This document shows, piece after piece, positions 48,080 through 59,824 of a stretch of DNA of 64,000 bases. A program made the translations under genes and the position numbers. The DNA is from Mobula hypostoma (lineage: Eukaryota). The stretch covers positions 153,576,001-153,640,000 of the forward strand of contig NC_086097.1 of NCBI RefSeq assembly GCF_963921235.1, in the 5' to 3' direction. Below the pieces are notes generated by a model. It did no database searches. It saw only the letters and a list, made by a program, of their open reading frames with translations, and was not told the DNA's origin. How positions within the stretch are numbered: the stretch's first letter is position 1; each line of letters begins with the position of its first letter.

Positions 48080-48950
48080 GGATAGATAGATACTTTATTG
48101 ACCCCAAAGGAAATTACAGTGTCACAGTAGCATTACAAGTGCATAGATATACAAATATACAAATATTAAAAGAGAAGTAAGTAAGAATAAAAAATAACTT
48201 ACCTCAAGCAGTCTATCAGGAGAGGGTTATCACTTCCCCGGCTATAGGTTGACTCATTATAGAGCCTAATGGCTGAGGGTAAGAATGACCTCATATAGAG
48301 TTCTTTGGAGCAGCACAGTTGTCTTAGTCTATTACTAAAAGTGCTCCTCTGCTCAGCCAAGGTGGCGTACAGAGAGTGAGAACGATTATCTAGAACTGCC
48401 AGGATTTTCCGTAGGCTCCTTTGTTCTATCACAGCCTCCAGTGTGTCCAGTTTAACTCCTGTAACAGAGCCAGCCTTTCTAATCAGTTTATTGAGCGTGT
48501 TGGCAACACCCGTGTGGATGCACACCAATGCATAGAAGATTGCACTGGTGACAACAAACTAGTAGAACATGTGAAGGACAGGGCTGCACACTCCAAAGGT
48601 CCTCAGTCTCCTCAGGAAGTAGAGGTGACTCTGGCTCTTCTTGTACACAGCACATGTGTTGGCGCTCCACTCAAGTTTGTCATGCAGCTGTACTCCCAGA
48701 TACTTGTAGGTCCTCACCATACCCACATCCTCATGTCAATGGTAACAGGAAGCAGTGGAAGCTATATCTTCCTAAAGTCCATCACCATCTCCTTTGTCTT
48801 ACTGATGTTGAGCTGCAGATGATTCAGCTTGCACGATTTGACAGAGCCCTCCACCAGGGCCCTGTATTCATCCTCCCATGCTCCCTTTATATACCCAACT
48901 ATTGCTGAATCATCAGAGAATTTTTGCTGATGACATGACTGTGTTGTATC
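48080..48950 (-). mobile_element. Rex1/Babar-like LINE 3' part (a different subfamily)
   Basis: ORF 48199-48528 contains LNKLIRKAGS...RSFLPSAIRLYN; (gata)n tail. Confidence 0.85.
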
Positions 48951-51636
48951 TAAAGATTTATTTACTTATAGAGAATCAGGTACTCAGGAATCAGCACTTG
49001 CATGATAGGAGAAAATGCATATGAGAATAAACTGAATAGTCATGTTGTTCATATGGCATCTGATAGACGAGTCAGACTCTTTTTTTCCACAGTCCATGCT
49101 GTTTTGACAGATTTCTCTGTTTGGTGATACAATAGCCCATATCAGCATATTTGTTCAAAATTCTCCTGTCGAAAAGCTCTTGAGTTGTCATATGGGTGAG
49201 TGAGCTGTTGGAAGAAATAGCACCTAAAACAAAATACTTTTCCTCAGAGGATTCTTGATTCTGGCTCAGTGAGGAGGAATATATCTGTCCCTATCAGAAA
49301 GAGAAAAATAGCAAGTCAGCATTCCTGAATCATTGGCTGTAATGTGCAGCATTGATACCTATGAAATGAAAAATGTACAGGGGCAGAATATCTTGTTTCT
49401 TGAAAAAGATATTCAGAATAATAGTTAAGACTAAAATTCAGGTGACTGGTAGATGTATTAAAGTAAAATTGAAGAATGTCATTCACATTTTTTTCTTTCT
49501 GAAAAACTGTGCAAACAGCATGAAGACCAATCTCTCCTCTGCAGAGCGGATGGTCGTTTCTCAATATTGCTCAATCTTTTCCGTGGTAAAGGTCACAGGA
49601 TAAAGAAGTTCAACTGAAGACTTATGTCCAATTGATGCCCTTATTGGGGTATAAATGCATCCTCCATTTGTTAAGTCCCAAACATACAAAGTTATATTGC
49701 ATGTACATTGAAGTACTTCTGAAATTCAGTTCCAATAACTTCACAGGAATTTCAGAGCCAAATTTATACACATATTTATTAGTGCACTGCACTTTTAAAT
49801 TTATTAGTATACTCCACATTTCCCATATACTATGAGCCACAGTTCTACGTCTCTACCTTTTTGCTGTGAACAAAAGAACTAACTCCTTGGTTGATAAACT
49901 AAATCCTTAAGACCCCTTGTTCTAACCCTGATACATTGACCAGAAAAGCCTTCCAGAATAAACTGTAAAGACTCTTCTCGTGCCATTGTAATAGTGACTA
50001 AAGGTATTATTGCACAAAACTATGTTTTATTTATTGGTAATAAGTATGGGGTCACCCTCCAGATCTATTTAATTTTATTTTGTCAATTTTCAGTGTTGAA
50101 ATATTAATTACATTTGAGAGGAAAGGTGGTTGCATAATTTAACAGGACTAAAATTACACTTGGTCAATATTACACACTGTGAAAAGATTAATAAAACTCA
50201 TTGGCAACGTCAGCCTCATAAAACGATTTATTCACTATGCTTCAGCTCTAGAATAATTGTTAAAATCTCAAAACAATGTTACCATATTCTGTGATTGGTT
50301 ATTATTCAATTGCCCTTTGTCAAAGTGAAGCCTCTGGATTTCTCACATCTATTTGGAGAGAACAGGCGGGCATTGTTTTAATAAGGGGCATGATTACCAA
50401 TAGCTGAGCACTCCATTCTCACTGCACTGGAGTGTTGACTTGTGGCTTTGTGCCCATTTGCTGGAGCAGGAATTAAACGCAGAAAGCATTGACTCTGCAG
50501 CAGAATAATGAGCCATAGCTGAGACAGGGTTACTGGCATGGCCGCATACTATCTTGGTTAATCTGACTATCTGATTAAATTCCGAACAATCAATGCAAAA
50601 GCAACAAACCAACAAAACTTTTAATTTTATTTGTTCAAAAATAATGCCGTTTTCCACCCAAAATGCATAAAATACTGTTACAGGATTCTCGATTCTCGAT
50701 CAGAATTTGATACAAATAATTCTGATGCAAAGCAAATGTATGCCTTTAAATGTGTGCACTTTTAAAATGACAGATTATTAACAGTAAAACAGAGCAACTA
50801 AATTGCTTCAGGCAGCTGGTCATTTTCTCTGCTAAAAGCTCTTCAGTCCTATTTACAGAAAATGAGCATCAGGAGATTAAAGATGATGTGAGATTCAGAT
50901 GTGAGAAGTGTCATTTAAGAAACAGCGTTGTGTCATTAATGGCATTCATAGACCATGAATTAAGTGGACAACTGAAGTGTAAACGATATTTTAAAAAGCA
51001 AGATCATGGCTGTGCGTCAAATATAAACAAGACATTTTTCTATGTGTTTCATACGGAGGGTCACACTCATTGGTAATGTATGAATTTTTGACTTACCAAT
51101 GCACTCACAATGAACAACCTATTCTCCAGTAAACTACCAGCAAAGGTAAAACCGGGTAAAGAATATATTGCCACAAATGCAGTGAAAGTTTTACTTTATA
51201 TTGTACAAAGAAATATTTCACAGTATCGCTATACCTTGCTTTCCAACATAAGTGTTTGCACAATTTAGCTTTTCTAGCAACTGGCCATTATTCCTTCCTC
51301 TGGCCATTACATAGACCAGAACTTTGATAGCCCGCTTAATCATGAATGGAGCCACTGACTAGTTAGCAATTCATACCTTGGCACTCATATGATTCTTAGG
51401 GCTGGATTTAGATCACATCAGCCTGATATAGGATTTCATTTGGGTGGAATGCAAATAGATTTCTCTGACTGAGAGAACAGCATACCAAGTATTGACCCTT
51501 CTTTGCATTGAATTTCCAGATCTTTGTAGGAATTTCCAACATATACTGCCAGACGCTTGTGATCTATTGTACCTTTACCTTCAGTCCACAAAAAAGCTTA
51601 GTAAAAGGTGCCACTAAAAGCAGATCTATTAAACAA

Positions 51637-52801
51637 ACACGGCTTTTCATTCCAGGATGAGGGAGATGTCCTCCTTTTTTAAAGAAAGGGGCTTCCCTTC
51701 CTCCACCATCCACTCTGCTCTCAAACGCACCTCCACTATTTCACACACGTCTGCTCTCACTCCATCCTCCCGCCACCCCACTAGGAACAGGGTTTCCCTT
51801 GTCCTCACCTACCACCCCACCAGCCTCCGGGTCCAACATATTATTCTCCATAACTTCTGCCACCTCCAATGGGATCCCACCACCAAGCACATCATTCCCT
51901 GCCCCCACCTCTGCTTTCCGCAGGGATCGCTCCCTACACGTTTCCCTTGTCCATTCGTGCCCCCCATCCCTCCCCACCGATCTCCCTCCTGGCACTTATC
52001 CTTGTAAGCGGAACAAGTGCTACATGTGCCCTTACACTTCCTCCCTTACCACCATTCAGGGTCCTAGACAGTCCTCCCAGGTGAGGCGACACTTCACCTG
52101 TGAGTCGGCTGGGGTGATATACTGCATCCGGTGCTCCCGATGTGGCCTTCCATATATTGGCGAGACCCAACGCAGACTGGGAGATCATTTCGCTGAACAC
52201 CTATGCTCTGTCCGCCAGAGAAAGCAGGATCTCCCAGTGGCCACACATTTTAATTCCACGTCCCATTCCCATTCTGATATGGGATCTACGGCCTCCTCTA
52301 CTGTAAAGATGAAGCCACACTCAGGTTGGAAGAACAACACCTTATATTCCGTCTGGGTAGCCTCCAACCTGATGGCATGAACATTGACTTCTCAAACTTC
52401 CGCTAATGCCCCACCTCCCCCTCGTATCCCATCCATTATTTATTTATATACACACATTCTTTTTCTCTCTCTCCTTTTTCTCCCTCTGTCCCTCTCACTA
52501 TATCCCTTGCCCATCCTCTGGGCTTCCCACCCCCTTTTCTTTCTCCATGGGCCTCCTGTCCCATGATCCTCTCATATCCCTTTTGCCAATCAACTGTCCA
52601 GCTCTTGGCTCCATCGCTCCCCCTCCTGTCTTCTCCTATCATTTTGGATCTCCCCCTCCCTGTCCCACTTTCAAATCTCTTACTAGCTCTTCTTTCAGTT
52701 AGTCCTGATAAAGGGTCTCGGCCCGAAACGTCGACTGTACCTCTTCCTAGAGATGCTGCCTGGCCTGCTGCGTTCACCCAGCAACTTTGATGTGTGTTGC
52801 T
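51637..52801 (+). mobile_element. Young Neptune-like PLE 3' part (thumb, Cys linker, GIY-YIG, pLTR)
   Basis: ORF 51799-52380 contains CKRNKCYMC...GVIYCIRCSRCGLPYIGET. 12-bp TSD TCTATTAAACAA at 51625-51636 and 52802-52813. Confidence 0.95.
52700..52737 (+). ncRNA. Hammerhead motif with G8 to A core mutation
   Basis: TAGTC-CTGATAA-AGGGTCTCGGCCC-GAAA-CG-TC-GACTG. Confidence 0.7.
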
Positions 52802-53846
52802 TCTATTAAACAACAAATGCTTGAAAATTCAGGTCGATCATTGTGTCCTTGTACCTCCAAATAACAAACCCTCTGTTGCAGGTAGATGTCTATCCTACTT
52901 GTTCATCGAAAGCCATTCCTTCATGCAAGTTACAGATTGGCCCATTGAAGGAGCATTGCAACTCTCCCACTGGCTGCTATTTTGTGCCTGTACTGGTTAA
53001 ATGGTTTACTGTATGTTTAGTGTTTGTCTTGTCTTGTAAGTTAATGGGTAACCTACTTACCGGTAATGAATGTCTTCTGTCCACACTCTCAAACCCGTGA
53101 AGCTGATTTCACACAACGTACTTTTAAGTTATTTTGTTTGAGCAAAGTGTGTCTGCTTTTTTTTCTTTGCTTTTGAGTGTGTGTTTACTTTCTTAGGGTA
53201 TCACTTTGCCTATTTGCTTCCAATTAATCATTGCTGGGAGTTAGTCTGTTTTGAACACTGATCTGCTTATCCTCTCTACTTCCGGGCTTTAGTGTCACAT
53301 GTTCTAATGTCCTCACCAATACATAAGCTATGTATCATTGTCATACAAACTGGAATGGCCATATTAAACTGACTCAGTCCCGATTGGGGCCACATCATGG
53401 AACTGCTCTGGGCTTTTGTGTACGACTCATAGGATTTTTAACGCGAATTTGGGAATGTTTAAAATATCACGTGGATCATCTAGAGATGCTAGAAGCTGAG
53501 GAATTCAGGTTAATTCTTTGACTTTTCAGCTTGAGGAAAAGGAATCACAATATTTTACTTCACAATAAAAAAAACTAATAGTTGATGATCTGTTTTTCAT
53601 CTGCAGTTTCTACTAAATGCGCATTATGCAGACATCAGAGGTGAAAGGTTACTGCACAGAGACGATGTTGTCTTAGAGCAGTTCCCTTTGGAGCTTCCAA
53701 GTATTTCAATAAGGTTATCCTCTGTTTCTGTAATGAAAGAAGTAAACAGATGGGATAAGATTATTTTTTCATCCATATTGTGAATTAAGGTTAATTTGTC
53801 CAAGAAATTTCATGTCTTTTGTTCATCTTCTCTGAAGCAGATTAAT

Positions 53847-54140
53847 AGCAGCTTAGCGTGCTAGTGGTATGGTTTACATGCTAGCAATCAGGAATCAATT
53901 CCTGCTGCTGTCTGTAAGGAGGGGTTTTCCTCTGCGTGTGCTGGTTTCCTCCCATATTCCAAAGGCATACAGGTTAGTAAGGGTAGTAAATTGTGGACAT
54001 GCTACGATACCACCAGAAGCAAGGTGACATTTGTGGGCTGTCTCAGTACATCCATGGATTGCGTTGGTCCTTGATGCACAGGACACATTTCATTCTATGT
54101 TTCGATGTACATGTGACAAATAAAGCTAATCCTTAATATT
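53847..54140 (+). mobile_element. tRNA-derived V-SINE-like element
   Basis: Decayed A and B boxes (tagcgtgctagtgg; ggaatcaattcct), V-domain-like ggtttcctcccatattccaaag, and a LINE-like tail. Confidence 0.7.
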
Positions 54141-54264
54141 TAAGTGAGGAGACCACCCTGACAAACTGAAAATCGTCAGCTTTGCATTTATGAAAAAAAT
54201 AATTAAAATTTGCAGAAAGCCAAAGCCATATAGGTGCCTAAATACAAAAAATATACAAGGCTAT

Positions 54265-54545
54265 TGGATAGCTACAAAAAGCAATTAAGAAAGCTAATGG
54301 AATATTGGGCTTATTTTTTAAAGTGCTGGAGCACAAATTGGCGAGTTTGGTTACAATTGTAGAGAACCTTGAAAAGCAAAAAAACCGCACATGCTCTACA
54401 TCTCGAATAAACAAGATACGGAAAATGCCGGAAGTACCAAACAGGCTTGCCGACATTGTCTGTGAGAGAAGAAGTGTTATTGTTTCAGTTCCATAACTTT
54501 CCACCAAAGTTGACTTTTTCAAGCATTTCCTATCAGTTTCTGGAA
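54265..54545. mobile_element. Short CR1 fragment (plus strand, to 54371) joined to an old PLE pLTR (minus strand, partly fold-back)
   Basis: Translates as AIKKANGILG...LQL*RTL, then gaaaatgccggaagtaccaaacagg...tctgtgagagaagaa. Confidence 0.55.
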
Positions 54546-54559
54546 TTATTTTAAATTCA

Positions 54560-55552
54560 GTTTATTGTCTTTCAACCTTACACATGGATACCACCAACTG
54601 AAACAATGTTCCTCCAGACCAAGGGGCACAACAGGGTACATACAACTCACACACGTAACATATAAAATAATATTACCACAAGTAAATTATCAAATAATAA
54701 GGTGCACTTACAACACAAGTTAAAAGCTAAACAGTATAACGCTACTGGAACTTCATGCATGATTAGACCTAGGTGGTGGCAGGGTGCTCAGTTATCTTAA
54801 AACCTGGGGGAAGAAATTGTTTCCTATCTTATCAGTCTTACGGTACATCCTGCCTGATGGTGGGGTTGGGGGGGGGAGAGGTTCAAAGGGTGTGTTGGAT
54901 GGACGGAAGGGATCATTGACAATGCCATGACCCCTGCATATGCAGCACTCCTGATAAATATCTCTGACAGCTGGAAGAAAGACCCTAATGGTTCTCTCAG
55001 CAGTCCTCACAACCCTTTGTAGGGATTTGTGGTCAGATGCCTTGCAATTCCTGTACCAGTTGGTGATGCAGCTGGTCAATGTTATGTTTGTTCTTGATAA
55101 AAGACACACCTGGCATGGTTAAAACTAACAGATTTTATTTACCAAATGCCTCTATCTCCATTTGAATGCGTGCAACCAGCTTATGGCTTCAGCTCGACCT
55201 GAGTGTGTGTGACCAGCTCACCAACTCTGCTTCCAGGTGAAACACCTGCATTGCAAGCTGGGAACTGAAGTTCTTCATTAACACAGTCAGGACACTCTTG
55301 ATGGTGCTCCTGCAAAAATTGTTTATAATGGGGAGGGAGGAGACTCATTCTCCTCAGTAAGTAGAGATGTTGTTGCGCTTTCTTGACCAAAAAGATGATG
55401 TTGAGGGACCAGGTGAGGTCATCCGATATGTGCACTCATAGAAACTTGGTGCTTCAAACTCTCTCTACGGAGAAGCCATGTATGTGCGGTGAGTAGTGAC
55501 CAGCCTGCATCTTCCAAAGTCCACAATCAGCTCTTTGGTCTTGTCCACATTG
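54560..55552 (-). mobile_element. Rex1-like LINE 3' part with a nested insertion
   Basis: ORFs 55181-55435 (HISDDLTWS...KKAQQHLYLLRR) and 54792-55109 (LTSCITNWY..C). Confidence 0.85.
55080..55283 (-). mobile_element. 204-bp insertion, solo-LTR-like
   Basis: TGTTA...TAACA inverted termini and AATAAAA on the minus strand (55134-55140). GTCA is repeated near both ends but not flush with them. Confidence 0.5.
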
Positions 55553-56394
55553 TTCAGTTAAAATTTTGAGCAATTTTCTTTACATCTAAGCATGCAACAG
55601 AATGAATGAACAAAAACCCAGGTTACCAGCACTTCTAGAACAAATAGCCATCAGTCTATCACTAATATTTGAAATATACAGTTGAGCTTTTTGTTTCAAG
55701 TTGTGCAATAATCTTATACATACACTTGCTTAATGAATATCAGTCTTATTAGTGGTCCAAACCAGCGATGGATTCAAACCCCATTTTGTAGTTTACATAC
55801 TAAATCTGAGCTGACAGTCTCTTGCAGAACTGGGAGAATGCTGAATGACTGTGACTTCATTGAGTGGAAATAATGACATAACAGTGAATCAAAGCAACAT
55901 ATTAAACATTCAGGTGCTTCTAAATGAAGTAAGCAATATACAAAAGAAGTTCTTTTTTTAAATGCTTTATTTGATTTCATATTATCAGCCTTCACGTCTC
56001 CCATACTATCCCACCAGAGACGATTCAAATAAAAGAACTCCATTGTACTTGCCCTAAATTTTCAGTCCTATGAAATGTTGAATGGATAATTTTAATAAAG
56101 AAAATAGGAACTATTTCAGTCAAAAATATAATTGAAAAAGATAGAAAGTCTAAAACTTGCACAAATTTATATGGACCATAATAAATTACGATTGTTATAG
56201 AGAGAAAGAATACAGCAGGGTATTGAAAATATAAAACAACACATTTCAACTTGATTTGCCCTTATATTTTCATATGTTTACTCCTGTTTATTACTGGATA
56301 TTAAAAAACCTATTTAATCCAATATGACAGTTATTTGGATATAATTATTATGTCATGAAACTTGAAAAGTAGATGAAAGAAAATCCTCTGAATT

Positions 56395-56910
56395 ATGGCT
56401 TCCTCTCTACCAGAACCCCTGACTGTATCCCATATATTTCCCACAGCACAGCTCTCACTCCATCTCCTTCCAGAAAGAAGCAGCACAGTTTTCCTCTGGT
56501 CCTCATTCTCTATCCCACAAGCTTTCACATTCAATGGAATGTGTTTTTGTAATTGCTGACCTCTTCAATGATATTCCACACATTGAGATCAGACACATCT
56601 TCCTCTCCCTCCTGCTTTCAGCCCTCAGGACTTACTGGTCCACTTTTCTGCTTCCATCAACCATTCCCCTCCTTACAACAGTTCTAAGAAACCACTGTAG
56701 ACATTACACATACCTGCAACAGTAACCTGGCCTGTTACCCACTGCTTTAATTCCCCATCCAATTCCTCCTCTGACCTAATTCTCTGCTGTCTAATTGTGT
56801 CAAAGCTTATTACGAGGCTTAATGTAACCTTGGTTCATTTTCTGCCTTGGTTCATGACAGAATCAATATCTTATTCAACAATTTCAAGAAAATTCCTTTC
56901 TCTGTCTAAA
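56395..56910 (+). mobile_element. Very old Neptune-like PLE fragment
   Basis: Colinear decayed similarity to 51690-52400 (gctctcactccatc, ctggtcctca, cacatcttcc). Confidence 0.6.
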
Positions 56911-59824
56911 TGAGAAAGAGAAGTTCTATTTGTATCTATCCAGAATGTCATTTTTCTCCCCCACCACCAACTTGGTTTAACTTGTTGGGAATTTCCTATA
57001 TCTCTGCATTTCACAGCTTTTACTTTCTCATGTTCTCAGAATATTTTGCACATCCTCAAATCTGTCTACCAGCAATGTCCTCTCTTGGCAGATCTCAGAG
57101 TGGTGTATCTGCTTTGGTATCACACTTCTGAATGTCATGGCCAGCTATTTGCAACTGATTGAGATTAACTATTGTCACCTTATAGGCCTGGGAATGGATA
57201 ATGGCATTGGTTTCATGGGTCATCCACTGAGTGCTTTTTTAACTGGAACTTTAGTCAAACACATACAATACTCAGAGAATGATTGTACAAGCAACTGAAC
57301 AAATGGAATTTGTGTGATTCAATGCATAATAGTGTCTAAATGTGGATCCTGATATATCAGAGTACCTCATCTGGAGAAGGCAGATTCACTGAAGGTTAAG
57401 GATGGAAACTCTTAAAAGCAAAAATAAAATAGGATAGGAGTCTGCTGTGAAGTACACAACAGTTACACAACAAATATATTTGTATTACTGACTGTAATAG
57501 CGAATAATGATGACAAATACTGTACTTAGCAAAATAATAAATACTGGTGTATTTGCTATATTGATTCTGCATTCTATATAAGCCATTTCCTTACACTTTG
57601 GGCGGCTCTACCATCTCACATCAGGAAGAGCTGAAACAACATGAATAGACTATGAGCATTTATTTGCAAAGAAATTTTAGTCTTGTTCAATCTCAAAATT
57701 AATTATTTTAATAATTTATGCTGAAGAGCAGAAACAGTCTATTAAAATCTCAGCGAGTGTCTTCATAACCTCATTTAACTTCACAGCAAGAGACACTACT
57801 GCGATAGTTATGGTGATGTTCACAGGTAATTGAATTATTTACTAACAGATCACAAAGAGAATCCTTCACTTTCAGATTCAGGTTTTACTCTTTTGTAGTT
57901 CCCCATGCTTCAGGGGTAATTAAGAAACTATGCACTACTTCATTAGAAAGTAGAATGTGTATGATTTCTTCCTGGAGCAGATGGCTATGGTATTATGCCA
58001 TCCCTATGTGAGTTGAATTTGCATTTAACAGGGCATTCAATGCTTGAACCAATGGGTAAATGCTGGCCAAGAAGTTTAATGACATAGCTGATACACTTTG
58101 CATGTCAATTAATAGACTTGAAGTTGAAAATTGATCAATTAGAACACTGATTCACACAGAGCATTTAATGGGTAATTGTATCCCGAAATTTGCTCCTCAT
58201 GATGTGCCTATGTGAAGAAATGTAGGTACACAACTGTGAGGTAAATTGACGTATAAACCCATATATTACTATGTCCATTTCTAAGGAATTGTATGCAATT
58301 CAGGTAGTACAGAGATCTTGAATTCATGAGCTTTTGCTCGAATAAGGCGGCTTGTTTTAACATTTAGTTGAATAACCCCTCCTTATCTGATCCAGAAACA
58401 AAGAGATCATTGAAACTCCAAGGATTGACTAGATATTAATGAAGCTATCATTCAAACCTTCTTAATTTTGGATGGTAGAGTGGAGGAAGGGACACTAGAC
58501 CACACTGGTCCTTTCTCTGTCAGCATTATTATCCATCAGAAGTATGCAGAGCCCTTTCCTTTCTCCCAAACACCACTCCAGATGAGACCTACATTAAATC
58601 TATCCAGTAGCTTCTTGGAGTTTCCCACTGGGAATCACCATTTTAACAAATGCTGCCATGGCAGAAGATCAAAATGTTAAGTTTGCGGTTATTGTGCAGC
58701 TTTTAAATTTACGCTGGATACTACTTAAAATTATATAGATGCTTCAGCATTCACAATGCATATGCACTTGATACAGTGCTGGTCATGCTCAAAAATAAAT
58801 TATTTATCTTCAGTCCAAGATGAAAATGACATCACTCTCATGCTCAACACCATTTAGTGTGGAGTGCAGCATGTTAGATTCTCTAGGACAATGTGTTCAC
58901 TAGATAAGTTGTCTCACTGTCAAGAATTGCAGGATGGGGCAACAAAACTGTCATCCTTTCCCAGCAGCAAATACTTTGATTTTGTTATTAGACACATTGC
59001 TGGGGCAAGGTAGCAGTCCACTTGGAAATGTGTTTCATTAATGGAAAAATAAAGTAAAAGGTTAAGATCGGTGATGTAATGCACCACTGTAGTCAAGTTA
59101 AAAAAAGGTAAATCAGTATTTAATGACTGAATCATTGAGAAAAATTACTTTCTGAGCTCATAAATTGAATAATGATTTTAGATATAATAACTGGAGAAGG
59201 ATAAAGTTAAAAAAACTATTAGACCAACAACTAGATTTGTTTCTAGTTTAGGAATGGAGAAGGAGCAAATTCACAATATAGCAAAATATATTGGGTTAAT
59301 TATGGGAATATATTCACCAAGTATATCAGTCTGATTTTGAATTTTGGTCCAATATTAAGTTTTGTGTTAGAAAATGCAAAGACTAGATGATTAATAATTT
59401 TGACTTGCAGACGTTTGTGTTCTTATCCATGAAAAGCCAAAGGATAATTTACTTTGGAAAGTTTACTTTCTTTGCTTTTTTGGTGAGACTGTTGATACTA
59501 TATTTCACAGTGGAAACTAATATTATTTTAATTATATATAAATTTTCACCCCAATTTGAATTCTCTTTCTATTCTCTATATTGTTTGTTTACAATAAACA
59601 TTTCATTGAATAAATTTTGAATGGATCCAGAATGGAATTCTCACAAAGGCCATGTATAATTCTAGATAATTTTGTGGCATTTGAGATCTTTAGTTCTGGA
59701 TGTGATTGGATGTCTTCAATATGTCTTTGATAGCAGTGCAGCATAGACACAGTAGAAGTGTTCCAGTGCAAGTCTGGCAAAGAGCTTTAAAAACCCAATC
59801 TCCATAAAAGAGGTGTAAGCATCT

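Noticed and set aside
1239..52801. Recurrent ~100-bp repeat read as a CRISPR-like array, or RT plus structured RNA read as a retron/DGR-type system
   Set aside because: The copies are dispersed, in both orientations, have TSDs and are attached to PLE ORFs. There are no spacers or cas genes, and the context is eukaryotic.
53850..53910. tRNA gene
   Set aside because: Only decayed A/B-box-like motifs and no cloverleaf. It is a SINE head.
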